Shown: positions 10,653 to 19,716 of the stretch, piece after piece | Layout: the number at the start of each line of letters is the position of its first letter | Numbering within the stretch: position 1 is the stretch's first letter | Origin: Nitrosococcus oceani ATCC 19707 | GTDB lineage: Bacteria > Pseudomonadota > Gammaproteobacteria > Nitrosococcales > Nitrosococcaceae | DNA length: 32,000 bases | Direction of reading: 5' to 3' | Assembly: GCF_000012805.1 (NCBI RefSeq) | Contig: NC_007484.1 | Span: 3,030,001 to 3,062,000 of the forward strand | Notes under the pieces: generated by a model | Database searches by the model: none | Seen by the model: only the letters and a program-made list of their open reading frames with translations | Told to the model about the DNA's origin: nothing | Made by a program: the position numbers and the translations under genes

Positions 10653-10976
10653 ATGTCCTCAGAAATCAATGGGATATCTGGCTATAGTAGTGTCTCTGCG
10701 CAAAAATCGCCAGAATCAGTGACTACTAACCCAGCCTCTTCCCATCCTAAGTCAGCAGGAGATTCTCCTACTGGGCAGCCCGCGGTGGAAACGGTTACCT
10801 TGACCCACACCACTACCCAACTTAGAGAAACAGAGGCATCCCTAGCTGGTATTTCCGTCGTGGATAATCAAAAAGTTGAGCAAATCAAGCAAGCAATTCT
10901 AGAAGGCAGCTATCAAATTGATTCCGAGCGTATTGCCGATAAACTGATTGCCCTGGAAAAAAGTCTGAGTAAATAG
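10653..10976 (+). CDS. flgM: Anti-sigma-28 factor FlgM
   Basis: The C-terminal VDNQKVEQIKQAILEGSYQIDSERIADKLI matches the FlgM sigma-28-binding region. ATG 10653 is preferred (AAGGAGA 6 nt upstream, and downstream of the sigma-28 promoter) over the track start at 10581. Confidence 0.8.
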   Translation: MSSEINGISGYSSVSAQKSPESVTTNPASSHPKSAGDSPTGQPAVETVTLTHTTTQLRETEASLAGISVVDNQKVEQIKQAILEGSYQIDSERIADKLIALEKSLSK

Positions 10977-10986
10977 TGATTCCAAT

Positions 10987-11469
10987 ATGTCAACGCAAGT
11001 TCTGATAGGGCTCCTGCAGGAAGAGCTAAACTGCCTTGAAGGTCTCGGACAAGCATTGCAAGAAGAATATCTTGCTCTATGCCAAAAACAAGCGCTAGCA
11101 ATTGAGAGCGCAGCCGAAAAGAAGCAAGCAGCGATAACGAGCCTAGAAGCTGTTTTTCACGCTCATGAGGAGCGGCTTAGAATATCGGGGCTACCTTCCG
11201 CTCCTGAAAAAATCAGAGCCCATATCAGAGCTTGCGCCGCTGAGGAGCACTCCCCCCTTGCAACGCTTTGGGAGCAATGGCAGGGGCGGCTACGGCAATG
11301 CCGTGAGCAAAACCAATTCAACGGTAACCTAATGAATCGCAGCCGCCATCATACCCTGCGGACCCTGGCAATACTGAATGGGCAGGACCTTAAATCTACC
11401 GCCTATGGCCCTGAAGGCGATCTGCTGTCCCCGGCACCGGCTTCCCGCTCACTCCTTGGGCGAGTATGA
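10987..11469 (+). CDS. flgN: Flagellar export chaperone FlgN
   Basis: 160-aa helical ORF immediately after flgM. The N-terminus LLQEELNCLEGLGQALQEEYLAL is FlgN-like. Confidence 0.75.
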   Translation: MSTQVLIGLLQEELNCLEGLGQALQEEYLALCQKQALAIESAAEKKQAAITSLEAVFHAHEERLRISGLPSAPEKIRAHIRACAAEEHSPLATLWEQWQGRLRQCREQNQFNGNLMNRSRHHTLRTLAILNGQDLKSTAYGPEGDLLSPAPASRSLLGRV

Positions 11470-11514
11470 GCCGGGATGGGATACTTACAGCCCCTCTCTC
11501 CTTTATCCCACAGG

Positions 11515-11543
11515 ATGACACCCTGGTCTTTTCAGGGTAAAAT
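11515..11543 (+). promoter_or_regulatory. Candidate sigma-70 promoter of tRNA-Ala
   Basis: ATGACA-N17-TAAAAT, ending 16 nt before the mature tRNA 5' end. Confidence 0.4.
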
Positions 11544-11559
11544 CCAAGTCGTATCTTTT

Positions 11560-11634
<75 letters not shown>

Positions 11635-11635
<1 letters not shown>

Positions 11636-11658
11636 ATGTTTTTTACTAAGAAAACATT
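11635..11658 (+). terminator. Hairpin immediately after the tRNA (possible terminator or processing structure)
   Basis: Perfect 8-bp stem AATGTTTT / AAAACATT with an 8-nt loop. There is no adjacent U-tract; TTTTTT follows 9 nt later. Confidence 0.3.
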
Positions 11659-11684
11659 GACTTACCATTTTTTCAGCGCGGAAG

Positions 11685-11707
11685 CCTCGCCGTTGAGGGC
11701 GGGGAGG
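11685..11707 (+). other. Left-end subterminal hairpin of the IS element
   Basis: CCTCGCCG-TTGAGGG-CGGGGAGG (8 positions, one mismatch). A homologous 37-nt block recurs at 23111-23147. Confidence 0.5.
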
Positions 11708-11766
11708 AAGCGCCCTATATAAGAACTAAGTTGACTAGCGTTGCCTTTGTGATAGCATAAATCACT

Positions 11767-12885
11767 ATGAAGACAACGCTCCAAATCAAATTGCTTCCTG
11801 ATGGAACTCAGCACTCGGCCCTGAAAGAGACCATGCGGGTTTTTAATGACGCTTGTAACGCCATTGCAGAAGTGGCTTTTAGAGAACAGTGCGCCTCTAA
11901 ATTTGAGTTGCAAAAACTTGTGTATGCGGATGTTAGGAAGCAGTTTGGTTTGTCGGCCCAATTGACTATTCGCGCCATCGCCAAAGTCGTTGAAGCTTAC
12001 AAGCGAGATAAATCCAAGCAGTGCTTCTTTAAGCCGACGGGTGCCGTGGTGTATGACCAGCGCATACTGAGCTTTAAGGGTTTGGATAGAGCCAGCCTTG
12101 TAACGATGCAAGGGCGCGTGTCTATTCCTATACAGATGGGCCAATACCAGCGCGTACAATGGCATCGTGCCAAAGGACAGGCCGACCTGGTGCTTGTGAA
12201 GGGTGCTTTCTTTTTGTTGGTCGTCATCGACACACCCGAAGCACCCCCCATAGACCCGTCTGGTTTTATTGGTATTGATCTTGGAATTACCAAAGTGGCC
12301 ACTGATTCCGATGGCGGGTCGTTCTGTGGTTCTACCGTGGAGCGTGTGCGCCAGCGCTACCACCGTTTGCGTAGGCGACTGCAGTCTAAGGGCACGCGCT
12401 CGGCTAAGCGGCATTTGAAGAAAATTCGACGCAAGGAAGCGCAGTTTCGAAGAAGTCAAAATCATATTATTTCTAAGCGTCTTGTCGAGAAAGCTAAAGA
12501 CACCGGACGCGGAATTGCTTTGGAAGAGTTGAAGCATATCCGCAGCCGGACAACGGTTCGGAAATCCGACAGGGCCAAGCACAGCGGTTGGTCGTTCTTT
12601 CAACTTCAATCCTTTATCGAATATAAGGCGAAGCTTGCGGGTGTCTTTGTTCAATATATTGACCCCTGGTATACCTCGCGCACCTGTAGCGCCTGCGGGC
12701 ATGCCGATAAAGCTAACCGCAAAACCCAATCCCACTTTCAATGTGTCTCTTGTGGATACACTGATAATGCGGATATCAATGCGGCGATCAATATTGCTGC
12801 AAGGGCTGACGTCATGCAGCCTATGGTGATGCGTGCGACGACGGCAAAGGATAGCCCGAGCACAGCTACAAGCCTCCCCCTTTAG
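11767..12885 (+). CDS. tnpB: RNA-guided endonuclease TnpB (IS200/IS605 OrfB family)
   Basis: 372-aa ORF with RuvC-I GIDLG (D171 by my count), RuvC-II ALEEL (E253), zinc finger CSACGH..x16..CVSCGY, and RuvC-III NADINAAINIA (D336). The catalytic residues all appear to be present. Confidence 0.9.
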   Translation: MKTTLQIKLLPDGTQHSALKETMRVFNDACNAIAEVAFREQCASKFELQKLVYADVRKQFGLSAQLTIRAIAKVVEAYKRDKSKQCFFKPTGAVVYDQRILSFKGLDRASLVTMQGRVSIPIQMGQYQRVQWHRAKGQADLVLVKGAFFLLVVIDTPEAPPIDPSGFIGIDLGITKVATDSDGGSFCGSTVERVRQRYHRLRRRLQSKGTRSAKRHLKKIRRKEAQFRRSQNHIISKRLVEKAKDTGRGIALEELKHIRSRTTVRKSDRAKHSGWSFFQLQSFIEYKAKLAGVFVQYIDPWYTSRTCSACGHADKANRKTQSHFQCVSCGYTDNADINAAINIAARADVMQPMVMRATTAKDSPSTATSLPL

Positions 12886-12916
12886 GACGAGGTTCATGAC
12901 GGGTTAGACTGGGGTG

Positions 12917-12929
12917 TTATAGTATTTTC
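12917..12929. repeat. Left arm of a 13-bp perfect inverted repeat bracketing the hsdMSR block
   Basis: TTATAGTATTTTC is the exact reverse complement of GAAAATACTATAA at 19704-19716. Confidence 0.5.
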
Positions 12930-12945
12930 ACCTTGGAGTTGTTCC

Positions 12946-14931
12946 ATGAACACCGAGAATCATTCCCAGACGGCTGCTTTCCTATGGTCCATAGCCGATC
13001 TGTTGCGCGGTGACTTCAAGCAGTCCCAGTATGGCCGCATCATTTTGCCGTTCACCCTGCTGCGGCGCATGGAGTGCGTGCTCGAGCCAACCAAGGACAA
13101 GGTCGTCCAGCAGGCGACAGTGCATCAGCACAAGCCCGACCACGTGCGTGAGATGCTGCTGCGGCGCGCCGCCGGTGATCTGCAATTCTTCAACGCCTCG
13201 CCGCTGACCCTGGGCACCCTGTCCGACACCCAGACCGCCGCCGACCTGATGAGCTACGCGCAGTCCTTCAGCACCGACGCTTGCGAAATCTTCGAGCATT
13301 TCGAGTTCGAGAACTTCGTCCAGCAGCTTAGCAGCGCCAACCTGCTGTACCAGGTGGTGCAACGCTTCGCCGCCACCGATCTCAGCCCGGCGCGCATCAG
13401 CAACTTCGGCATGGGCATCATCTTCGAGGAGTTGATACGCCGCTTCGCTGAAAGCTCCAATGAAACCGCCGGGGAGCACTTCACCCCGCGGGATATCGTC
13501 CACCTGACCACCTCGCTGGTGATCACCGGCCAGGACGACAAGCTGGCGCCCAACCGCATCGTCACCATTTATGACCCTACCGCAGGCACGGGCGGCTTTC
13601 TCTCCGAAGGTGACGAATACATCCAGTCCATCAGCGAAAAGGTCTCGGTATCCCTCCACGGCCAGGAGCTCAACCCCGAGTCCTACGCCATCTGCAAGGC
13701 CGACATGCTAATCAAGGGCCAGGATGTGGCCAATATCAAGCTGGGCAACACCCTGTCCAACGACCAGCTAACCGGCCCGGAACACCGCTTCGACTTCATG
13801 CTCTCCAATCCACCCTTCGGCGTGGAATGGAAAAAGGTCCAGAAGCAGATCACCGGCGAGCACAAGCACAAGGGCTTCAACGGCCGCTTCGGCCCCGGCC
13901 TGCCACGGGTGTCCGACGGCTCATTGCTGTTCCTGCTGCACCTGGTCAGCAAAATGCGCGATCCTCGCGACGGCGGTTCGCGCATCGGTATTATCTTGAA
14001 CGGCTCGCCCCTGTTCACCGGCGGCGCTGGCTCCGGCGAATCCGAGATCCGCCGCTACCTGCTGCAGCACGATCTGGTCGAGGCCATCGTCGCCCTGCCC
14101 ACCGACATGTTCTACAACACCGGCATCGCCACCTATGTGTGGCTACTGTCCAACCACAAGCCCGCCGAGCGCAGGGGCAAGGTGCAGCTCATCGACGGCA
14201 GCCAGCACTTTGCCAAGATGCGCAAATCCCTGGGCAGCAAGCGCCAGTACGTCACCGCCGAGCAGATCAACGAGCTGGTATGCCTCTACGGCGCCTTCGA
14301 GGAAACCCCCCAGAGCAAAATCTTCCCCATCAACGCCTTCGGCTACCGCCGCATCACCGTCGAGCGCCCCCTGCGGCTCAACTTCCAGGCCAGCGCCGAG
14401 CGCATTGACAACGTGCTGCAGGAAAAAGCCATCCAGAAGCTGGATGACACCGCCCGCCAGCAACTCGCCGACGCCCTGGGAGCCATGGACCCAAGCCCGT
14501 TGTATCGCAACCGGGAGCAGTTCGCCAAGCTCCTGAAAAAGACCCTAACCGCCCACGGTGTCAGCCTCAGTACGCCGGAGCAAAAGGCCCTATTGAACGG
14601 CCTCGGCAAGCGCGACCCCAAGGCGGATATCTGCACAACCAAGGGCAAGCCCGAGCCGGACACCGGCCTGCGGGACAACGAGAACGTGCCCCTGGGTGAA
14701 TCCGTGTACGACTACTTCCAGCGCGAAGTCATCCCCCACGTGCCCGACGCCTGGATCAACGAGAGCAAGCGTGATGCGCTGGACGGCGAAGTCGGCATCG
14801 TCGGCTTCGAGATCCCCTTCAACCGCCACTTCTACGTATTCCAGCCGCCGCGCCCGCTGGAGGAAATCGACCGGGACCTGAAAGCCTGCACTGATCGCAT
14901 CAAGCAAATGATTGAGGAGTTGTCGGCATGA
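12946..14931 (+). CDS. hsdM: Type I restriction-modification system, DNA methyltransferase subunit
   Basis: 661-aa ORF with an HsdM N-domain ([11 protein letters not shown]), SAM-binding [10 protein letters not shown] and catalytic NPPF ([10 protein letters not shown]). It has an ATGA start/stop overlap with hsdS. GGAG lies 8 nt upstream of the ATG. Confidence 0.95.
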   Translation: MNTENHSQTAAFLWSIADLLRGDFKQSQYGRIILPFTLLRRMECVLEPTKDKVVQQATVHQHKPDHVREMLLRRAAGDLQFFNASPLTLGTLSDTQTAADLMSYAQSFSTDACEIFEHFEFENFVQQLSSANLLYQVVQRFAATDLSPARISNFGMGIIFEELIRRFAESSNETAGEHFTPRDIVHLTTSLVITGQDDKLAPNRIVTIYDPTAGTGGFLSEGDEYIQSISEKVSVSLHGQELNPESYAICKADMLIKGQDVANIKLGNTLSNDQLTGPEHRFDFMLSNPPFGVEWKKVQKQITGEHKHKGFNGRFGPGLPRVSDGSLLFLLHLVSKMRDPRDGGSRIGIILNGSPLFTGGAGSGESEIRRYLLQHDLVEAIVALPTDMFYNTGIATYVWLLSNHKPAERRGKVQLIDGSQHFAKMRKSLGSKRQYVTAEQINELVCLYGAFEETPQSKIFPINAFGYRRITVERPLRLNFQASAERIDNVLQEKAIQKLDDTARQQLADALGAMDPSPLYRNREQFAKLLKKTLTAHGVSLSTPEQKALLNGLGKRDPKADICTTKGKPEPDTGLRDNENVPLGESVYDYFQREVIPHVPDAWINESKRDALDGEVGIVGFEIPFNRHFYVFQPPRPLEEIDRDLKACTDRIKQMIEELSA

Positions 14932-16391
14932 CGGGTTTGGTTGATACGAATTTGGCTACGCAAGCGGCGACTGGATCGCCCGATCAGGGCGGGGCTAGTG
15001 CGGGTGGCATTCCGAAGTATCGGGAGTACAAGAATTCAGACGTAGTTTGGATTGGTGAAGTACCAAGCTTCTGGGAGGTCAAACCGTTCAAATGGCTGCT
15101 CACCCATAACGAAGGAGGCGTGTGGGGCGATGACCCAGCAGGCGAAGGTGACACGATTGTCCTGCGCTCCACCGATCAAACCGTTGATGGCAACTGGAAT
15201 GTCACCGATCCTGCCGTCCGCCACCTCACCGTCAAAGAAAATGCCTCTGCGGTTCTTGAGGCGGGTGACTTGGTTGTAACAAAATCCAGCGGCAGCGCTT
15301 TGCACATCGGCAAAACAACGTTGGTAAACGTTGACATGGCAAAACTAGGTTATTGCTATGGAAATTTCATGCAAAGGCTAAGGCTTGGCCAAAAGTATAT
15401 TCCCAAGCTAGCTTGGTATGTCATGAATAATGACTTGGTTAGGTTGCAATTGAACTTGCTATCAAACTCAACAACTGGGCTTGCAAATCTGAACGCTACG
15501 TTGATTGGCGAGATTTTGCTGCCGGTTCCCCCTGTTGAAGAACAAACCCAAATCGCCCGCTTCCTCGACCACGAAACCGCCCGCATCGACGCACTGATTG
15601 AAGAGCAGCAGCGTCTGATTGAACTGCTCAAGGAAAAGCGCCAGGCCATCATCTCCCACGCTGTCACCAAGGGCCTGGACCCCACCGTGCCGATGAAAGA
15701 CTCCGGCGTGGAGTGGCTGGGCGAAGTGCCGGCGCATTGGATTACCAAGCCGCTGAAGCATCTGGCTGAGCTGAACCCGAAGAAATCAGGCTACCACGGC
15801 GATCGGGATGAGCTTTGCAGTTTCGTTCCAATGGAGAAGTTGAAGACTGGTGTTATTCAACTGGATGAGGAGCGATTCATTGCCGATGTAATTTCTGGCT
15901 ACACCTACTTTGAAGATGGCGATGTGCTGCAGGCGAAAGTCACACCATGTTTTGAGAATCGAAACATCGCTATAGCTGATGGTTTAACAAATGGTGTGGG
16001 TTTTGGGTCGAGTGAAATCAACGTATTAAGGCCGTTCCCAGACGTTAACGCATCATTTCTCTACTACCGGCTGCAAGAAGATGGCTACATGGGAATTTGC
16101 ACTGCGTCGATGATTGGCGCGGGCGGTCTAAAACGAGTGCCAGGTGAAGTCATAAATGGTTTCACGGTAGCCGTTCCCGAACGCCACGAGCAAACCCAAA
16201 TTGCCCATTTCCTCGACCACGAAACCGCCCGCGTGGACAAATTGGTCGAAGAGGCAAACGTTGGCATTGAACTCCTGAAAGAACGCCGCTCCGCCCTGAT
16301 CTCCGCCGCCGTCACCGGAAAAATCGACGTGCGCGGTTGGCAGCCGCCGGCCAGCGCGCCATCTCCCGAATTGGAAAACGAGGCCGTGTAA
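14928..16391 (+). CDS. hsdS: Type I restriction-modification system, specificity subunit
   Basis: 487-aa ORF. Two variable target-recognition regions alternate with two conserved helical spacers ([24 protein letters not shown]... and [24 protein letters not shown]...). Confidence 0.9.
   Translation: MTGLVDTNLATQAATGSPDQGGASAGGIPKYREYKNSDVVWIGEVPSFWEVKPFKWLLTHNEGGVWGDDPAGEGDTIVLRSTDQTVDGNWNVTDPAVRHLTVKENASAVLEAGDLVVTKSSGSALHIGKTTLVNVDMAKLGYCYGNFMQRLRLGQKYIPKLAWYVMNNDLVRLQLNLLSNSTTGLANLNATLIGEILLPVPPVEEQTQIARFLDHETARIDALIEEQQRLIELLKEKRQAIISHAVTKGLDPTVPMKDSGVEWLGEVPAHWITKPLKHLAELNPKKSGYHGDRDELCSFVPMEKLKTGVIQLDEERFIADVISGYTYFEDGDVLQAKVTPCFENRNIAIADGLTNGVGFGSSEINVLRPFPDVNASFLYYRLQEDGYMGICTASMIGAGGLKRVPGEVINGFTVAVPERHEQTQIAHFLDHETARVDKLVEEANVGIELLKERRSALISAAVTGKIDVRGWQPPASAPSPELENEAV
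15543..15584 (+). repeat. hsdS internal direct repeat, copy 1 (central conserved region)
   Basis: A 42-nt block with 39/42 identity to 16191-16232. Confidence 0.8.
16191..16232 (+). repeat. hsdS internal direct repeat, copy 2 (distal conserved region)
   Basis: A 42-nt block with 39/42 identity to 15543-15584, located 648 bp downstream of copy 1. Confidence 0.8.
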
Positions 16392-19300
16392 TGGCGGATA
16401 GCAGGGAAGCTCAATTCCAACAGGACATCATCAACGCCCTCGCCGCTCAGGGCTGGCGGGTGGGCACGGCCAGGGGCTATGACCGTCCCAGCGCCCTGTA
16501 TACCGAGGATTTCCTGGGCTACTTCAAGGATGCCTGGCCGGAGCGCTGGGACAAGTTCGCCAAGGCCAACCCCAATGACCCGGAAAGCGTCCTAGTGCAG
16601 AAACTGGTGCGGGAGCTGGAGCAGCACGGCACCCTGGATGTGCTGCGCCACGGCTTCAAGGTGCCGGCGGTGAAGGTGGAATTGTGCAGCTTCAAGCCCG
16701 ACCACGCCATGAACCCGGACACGCTCAAGGGCTACCAGTGTAACCGTCTGCGGGTGGTGCCGGAGGTGGCCTACTCGCCCCATGCCCGCGACGCCACGGG
16801 GCAGGGCGGCGGCTACAACCCGCGGCTGGACCTGGTGCTGTTCGTCAACGGCCTGCCCACCGCCACCCTGGAGCTGAAAAGCCAGTTTAAGCAGTCGGTG
16901 GAAAACGCCAAGCGCCAGTACCGCCATGACCGCCCGGTCAAAGACCCGCTGAGCCGCAAGCCCGAGCCCCTACTCACCTTCAAGCGCGGGGCGCTGGTGC
17001 ATTTTGCCGTGAGCCAGGACGAAGTGGCCATGACCACCCGGCTGGCCGGCAAGGACACCTGCTTCCTGCCCTTCAACCTTGGAAGTGAAGACGGCGGCGC
17101 CGGTAATCCCCCGCCGGCGGACGACGGCCAGTACGCCACCGGTTACCTGTGGCAGCGGCTGTTCCAGCCCGCTGCCTGGCTCAAGGTGCTGGGGCGCTTT
17201 CTGCACCTGGAGAAGAAAACCGTTGAGGGCTTTGACGGCCAGCTCAGCACCAAAGAGACCATGATCTTCCCCCGCTATCACCAGTGGGAGGTGGTCAATC
17301 AGCTGATTGAAACCACCCGCAGTGAAGGGCCAGGCAAGCGCTACCTCATTCAGCACAGCGCCGGCTCGGGCAAGTCCAACTCCATTGCCTGGACGGCGCA
17401 CCAGTTGGCCGCGCTGTATGACGACGCGGGGCAGAAGCTGTTCAACTCGGTGATCGTGGTAACCGACCGCACGGTGCTGGACAGCCAGTTACAGAACACT
17501 ATCTACCAGTTCGAGCACGCCCACGGCGTGGTGCGGCCCATCACCCGAGATATCGGCAACCAGAGCAAGTCCCAGCAACTGGCCGAGGCCCTGACTGAGC
17601 AGACCCGCATCATCATCGTCACCATTCAGACCTTTCCGGCCCTGTTCCAGGTGCTGGATAAATACCCCAACCTGGCCAGTGGCCGCTATGCGGTCATCGC
17701 CGACGAGGCCCACTCTTCGCAAACCGGCTCCTCGGCCAGCAAGCTCAAGGCTATCTTGAGTTCCGAGCAAGCGGCCGCTGATCATCAAGAGCCGAAAGAG
17801 ATCAGCGCCGAAGACCTGCTCGATGCCGCTGTACAGGCCCGCCAGCCCAATGAACGCATCAGCTACTACGCTTTTACCGCCACCCCCAAGGCCAAGACCC
17901 TGGAGCTATTTGGCCGCCCGCCGGAGCCGAGCGTGCCGCCCAGCGCCGACAACAAGCCCGAGGCTTTTCATCTGTATTCCATGCGCCAGGCCATCGAGGA
18001 GGGTTTTATTCTTGATGTGCTGCAGAACTACCTCAGCTACAGCACCGCGTGGAAGATCGCCCACCCGGAAGGCGAAGACGAGGAAGTTGACTCAAAGAAA
18101 GCGCGCATCAAGCTGGCGCGCTGGGTGCGGCTGCATCCGTATAATATTAGCCAGAAGGTCGAGGTCATCGTCGAGCACTTCCGCGCCAACATCCGCCATC
18201 TATTGAACGGCCAAGCCAAGGCCATGGTGGTGACCAGTGGCCGCCAGGAGGCGGTGCGCTACCAGTTGGCGGTAAAGAGCTATGTCAGGCGGATGGGCTA
18301 CAGGGATGTGCATCCGCTGGTGGCGTTTTCCGGCAGCGTGTTGCCTGATGAGGTGATTCCGGAAGAAGTCACCGAGACCAGCAGCCTGCTCAATGCGGAC
18401 CTCCATGGCCGCGACCTGGCCGAGGCTTTTGACACCCACGATTTCAACGTACTCATCGCCGCCAACAAGTACCAGACCGGCTTCGATCAGCCCAAGCTGT
18501 GCGCCATGTACGTGGATAAGAAGCTGCGGGGGGTGGACTGCGTGCAGACCTTGTCGCGCTTGAACAGGAAGTTCGGCGAGGGCAAACAGACCTTTATCCT
18601 TGACTTCTTCAACGAGCCACAGGATATCCTCGATGCTTTTTTGCCCTACTACACCCGGGCCGAGCTGACCGATGTCACCCATCCACAGGTTATCTACGAC
18701 CTGCAGAGGACGCTGGATGAGGAAGGCATTTATCACTGGAACGAGGTTGAAGCCTTTGCGCTGGCCTTCTTCGATCCCAAGGCGGTGGCCAGCAAACTCA
18801 GCTATCACTGCCAGCCGGCCCGCGAGCGCTTCGCCAGGCGCTATGCCTTCAGCCTGGACTCCCGCCAGCAGGCGCTGGGTTTCAAACGCACCGCCGAGGT
18901 CAATGGTGATAATACCGGCCTAAAGAAGGCCGAGCACGTGCTCAAGGAAGCCGGTGAGCAGATCGACCGACTGGACCTGTTCCGCAAGAACCTGCAGAGC
19001 TTTGTGCGCCTCTATGAGTTCCTCTCGCAGATCGTGCCCTATGAGGACCGTGAGCTGGAACAGTTGTGTGTGTTCGCCAAGCACCTGCACCCGCTGCTGC
19101 GCGTGGATCGCCTCCAGGAGGAGGTAGATATCGGTGAACTGCAGCTAACCCATTACCGCCTGAGCAAGCGAGCCGAACAGCAGTTGCGGTTGAATGAGGA
19201 GGCCGCGGAATACACCCTCAAGCCCGGCAGCGATATCGGCAGCGGCCAGCCCCACGACCCGGAAAAGAAACGCCTGTCGGAAATCATCGAGGCACTGAAT

Positions 19301-19582
19301 GAGATTTTTGGCGCCGAGGTCAGTGATGAGGACCAATTGCAATTTCTCATCGGTATCGCCCAGCGTATCAGCCGCCAAGAGGATGTGATGGCCCAGGTTA
19401 ATAGCCATTCAGTGGACCAGGTCATGCACGGTCTGTTTCCCAAGCGGGTGCTGGATACCGTACTGGACGCCATGACCGACCACGAAAAGCTGTCCCTGGA
19501 AGTGCTGGACAACAAAACCAAGAGCCGAGACTTTGCGCTGGTCATCCTAAAAATGCTCACTCAGCATACGAGCTTTTCGTAA
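16391..19582 (+). CDS. hsdR: Type I restriction enzyme, endonuclease/translocase subunit
   Basis: It has a PD-(D/E)xK-like region DLVLFVNGLPTATLELK, helicase motif I HSAGSGKSNS and motif II VIADEAHSSQ. The start is set at ATG 16391 (TAATG overlap with the hsdS stop). The track ORF begins further upstream at 16337, inside hsdS. Confidence 0.95.
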   Translation: MADSREAQFQQDIINALAAQGWRVGTARGYDRPSALYTEDFLGYFKDAWPERWDKFAKANPNDPESVLVQKLVRELEQHGTLDVLRHGFKVPAVKVELCSFKPDHAMNPDTLKGYQCNRLRVVPEVAYSPHARDATGQGGGYNPRLDLVLFVNGLPTATLELKSQFKQSVENAKRQYRHDRPVKDPLSRKPEPLLTFKRGALVHFAVSQDEVAMTTRLAGKDTCFLPFNLGSEDGGAGNPPPADDGQYATGYLWQRLFQPAAWLKVLGRFLHLEKKTVEGFDGQLSTKETMIFPRYHQWEVVNQLIETTRSEGPGKRYLIQHSAGSGKSNSIAWTAHQLAALYDDAGQKLFNSVIVVTDRTVLDSQLQNTIYQFEHAHGVVRPITRDIGNQSKSQQLAEALTEQTRIIIVTIQTFPALFQVLDKYPNLASGRYAVIADEAHSSQTGSSASKLKAILSSEQAAADHQEPKEISAEDLLDAAVQARQPNERISYYAFTATPKAKTLELFGRPPEPSVPPSADNKPEAFHLYSMRQAIEEGFILDVLQNYLSYSTAWKIAHPEGEDEEVDSKKARIKLARWVRLHPYNISQKVEVIVEHFRANIRHLLNGQAKAMVVTSGRQEAVRYQLAVKSYVRRMGYRDVHPLVAFSGSVLPDEVIPEEVTETSSLLNADLHGRDLAEAFDTHDFNVLIAANKYQTGFDQPKLCAMYVDKKLRGVDCVQTLSRLNRKFGEGKQTFILDFFNEPQDILDAFLPYYTRAELTDVTHPQVIYDLQRTLDEEGIYHWNEVEAFALAFFDPKAVASKLSYHCQPARERFARRYAFSLDSRQQALGFKRTAEVNGDNTGLKKAEHVLKEAGEQIDRLDLFRKNLQSFVRLYEFLSQIVPYEDRELEQLCVFAKHLHPLLRVDRLQEEVDIGELQLTHYRLSKRAEQQLRLNEEAAEYTLKPGSDIGSGQPHDPEKKRLSEIIEALNEIFGAEVSDEDQLQFLIGIAQRISRQEDVMAQVNSHSVDQVMHGLFPKRVLDTVLDAMTDHEKLSLEVLDNKTKSRDFALVILKMLTQHTSFS

Positions 19583-19703
19583 CAGCCTGAGCAGTCGCAA
19601 GCCCTATACAGGGAATTGCCTCGTAACCTTCGTGATCCGCGAGACAGGGAACGTCCGCCAACTTGGTCTTTCAAATACCCTCACCACGGTATCCGCCTAA
19701 ATA

Positions 19704-19716
19704 GAAAATACTATAA
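19704..19716. repeat. Right arm of the 13-bp inverted repeat bracketing the hsdMSR block
   Basis: GAAAATACTATAA is the reverse complement of 12917-12929. Confidence 0.5.

Larger units (their letters stand above)
11666..12900 (+). mobile_element. TnpB-only IS200/IS605-family element (IS1341-like organisation, no tnpA)
   Basis: tnpB is flanked by subterminal imperfect hairpins that share an AAGCCTC core (11685-11707 and 12873-12892). ACTTAC lies at the left junction. The ends are inferred from where similarity to the second miniature copy (23086-23270) begins and ends, so the boundaries are approximate. Confidence 0.7.

Noticed and set aside
12982-19560. There are many long ORFs on the minus strand and in alternative plus frames across the hsdM/hsdS/hsdR region, for example 12982-13659 (225 aa), 18200-18808 (202 aa) and 13827-14408 (193 aa).
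   Set aside because: All of them are embedded in strongly supported hsd genes. Their products are Arg/Ala/Gly/Pro-rich and low-complexity, as expected from stop-poor frames in GC-rich DNA.
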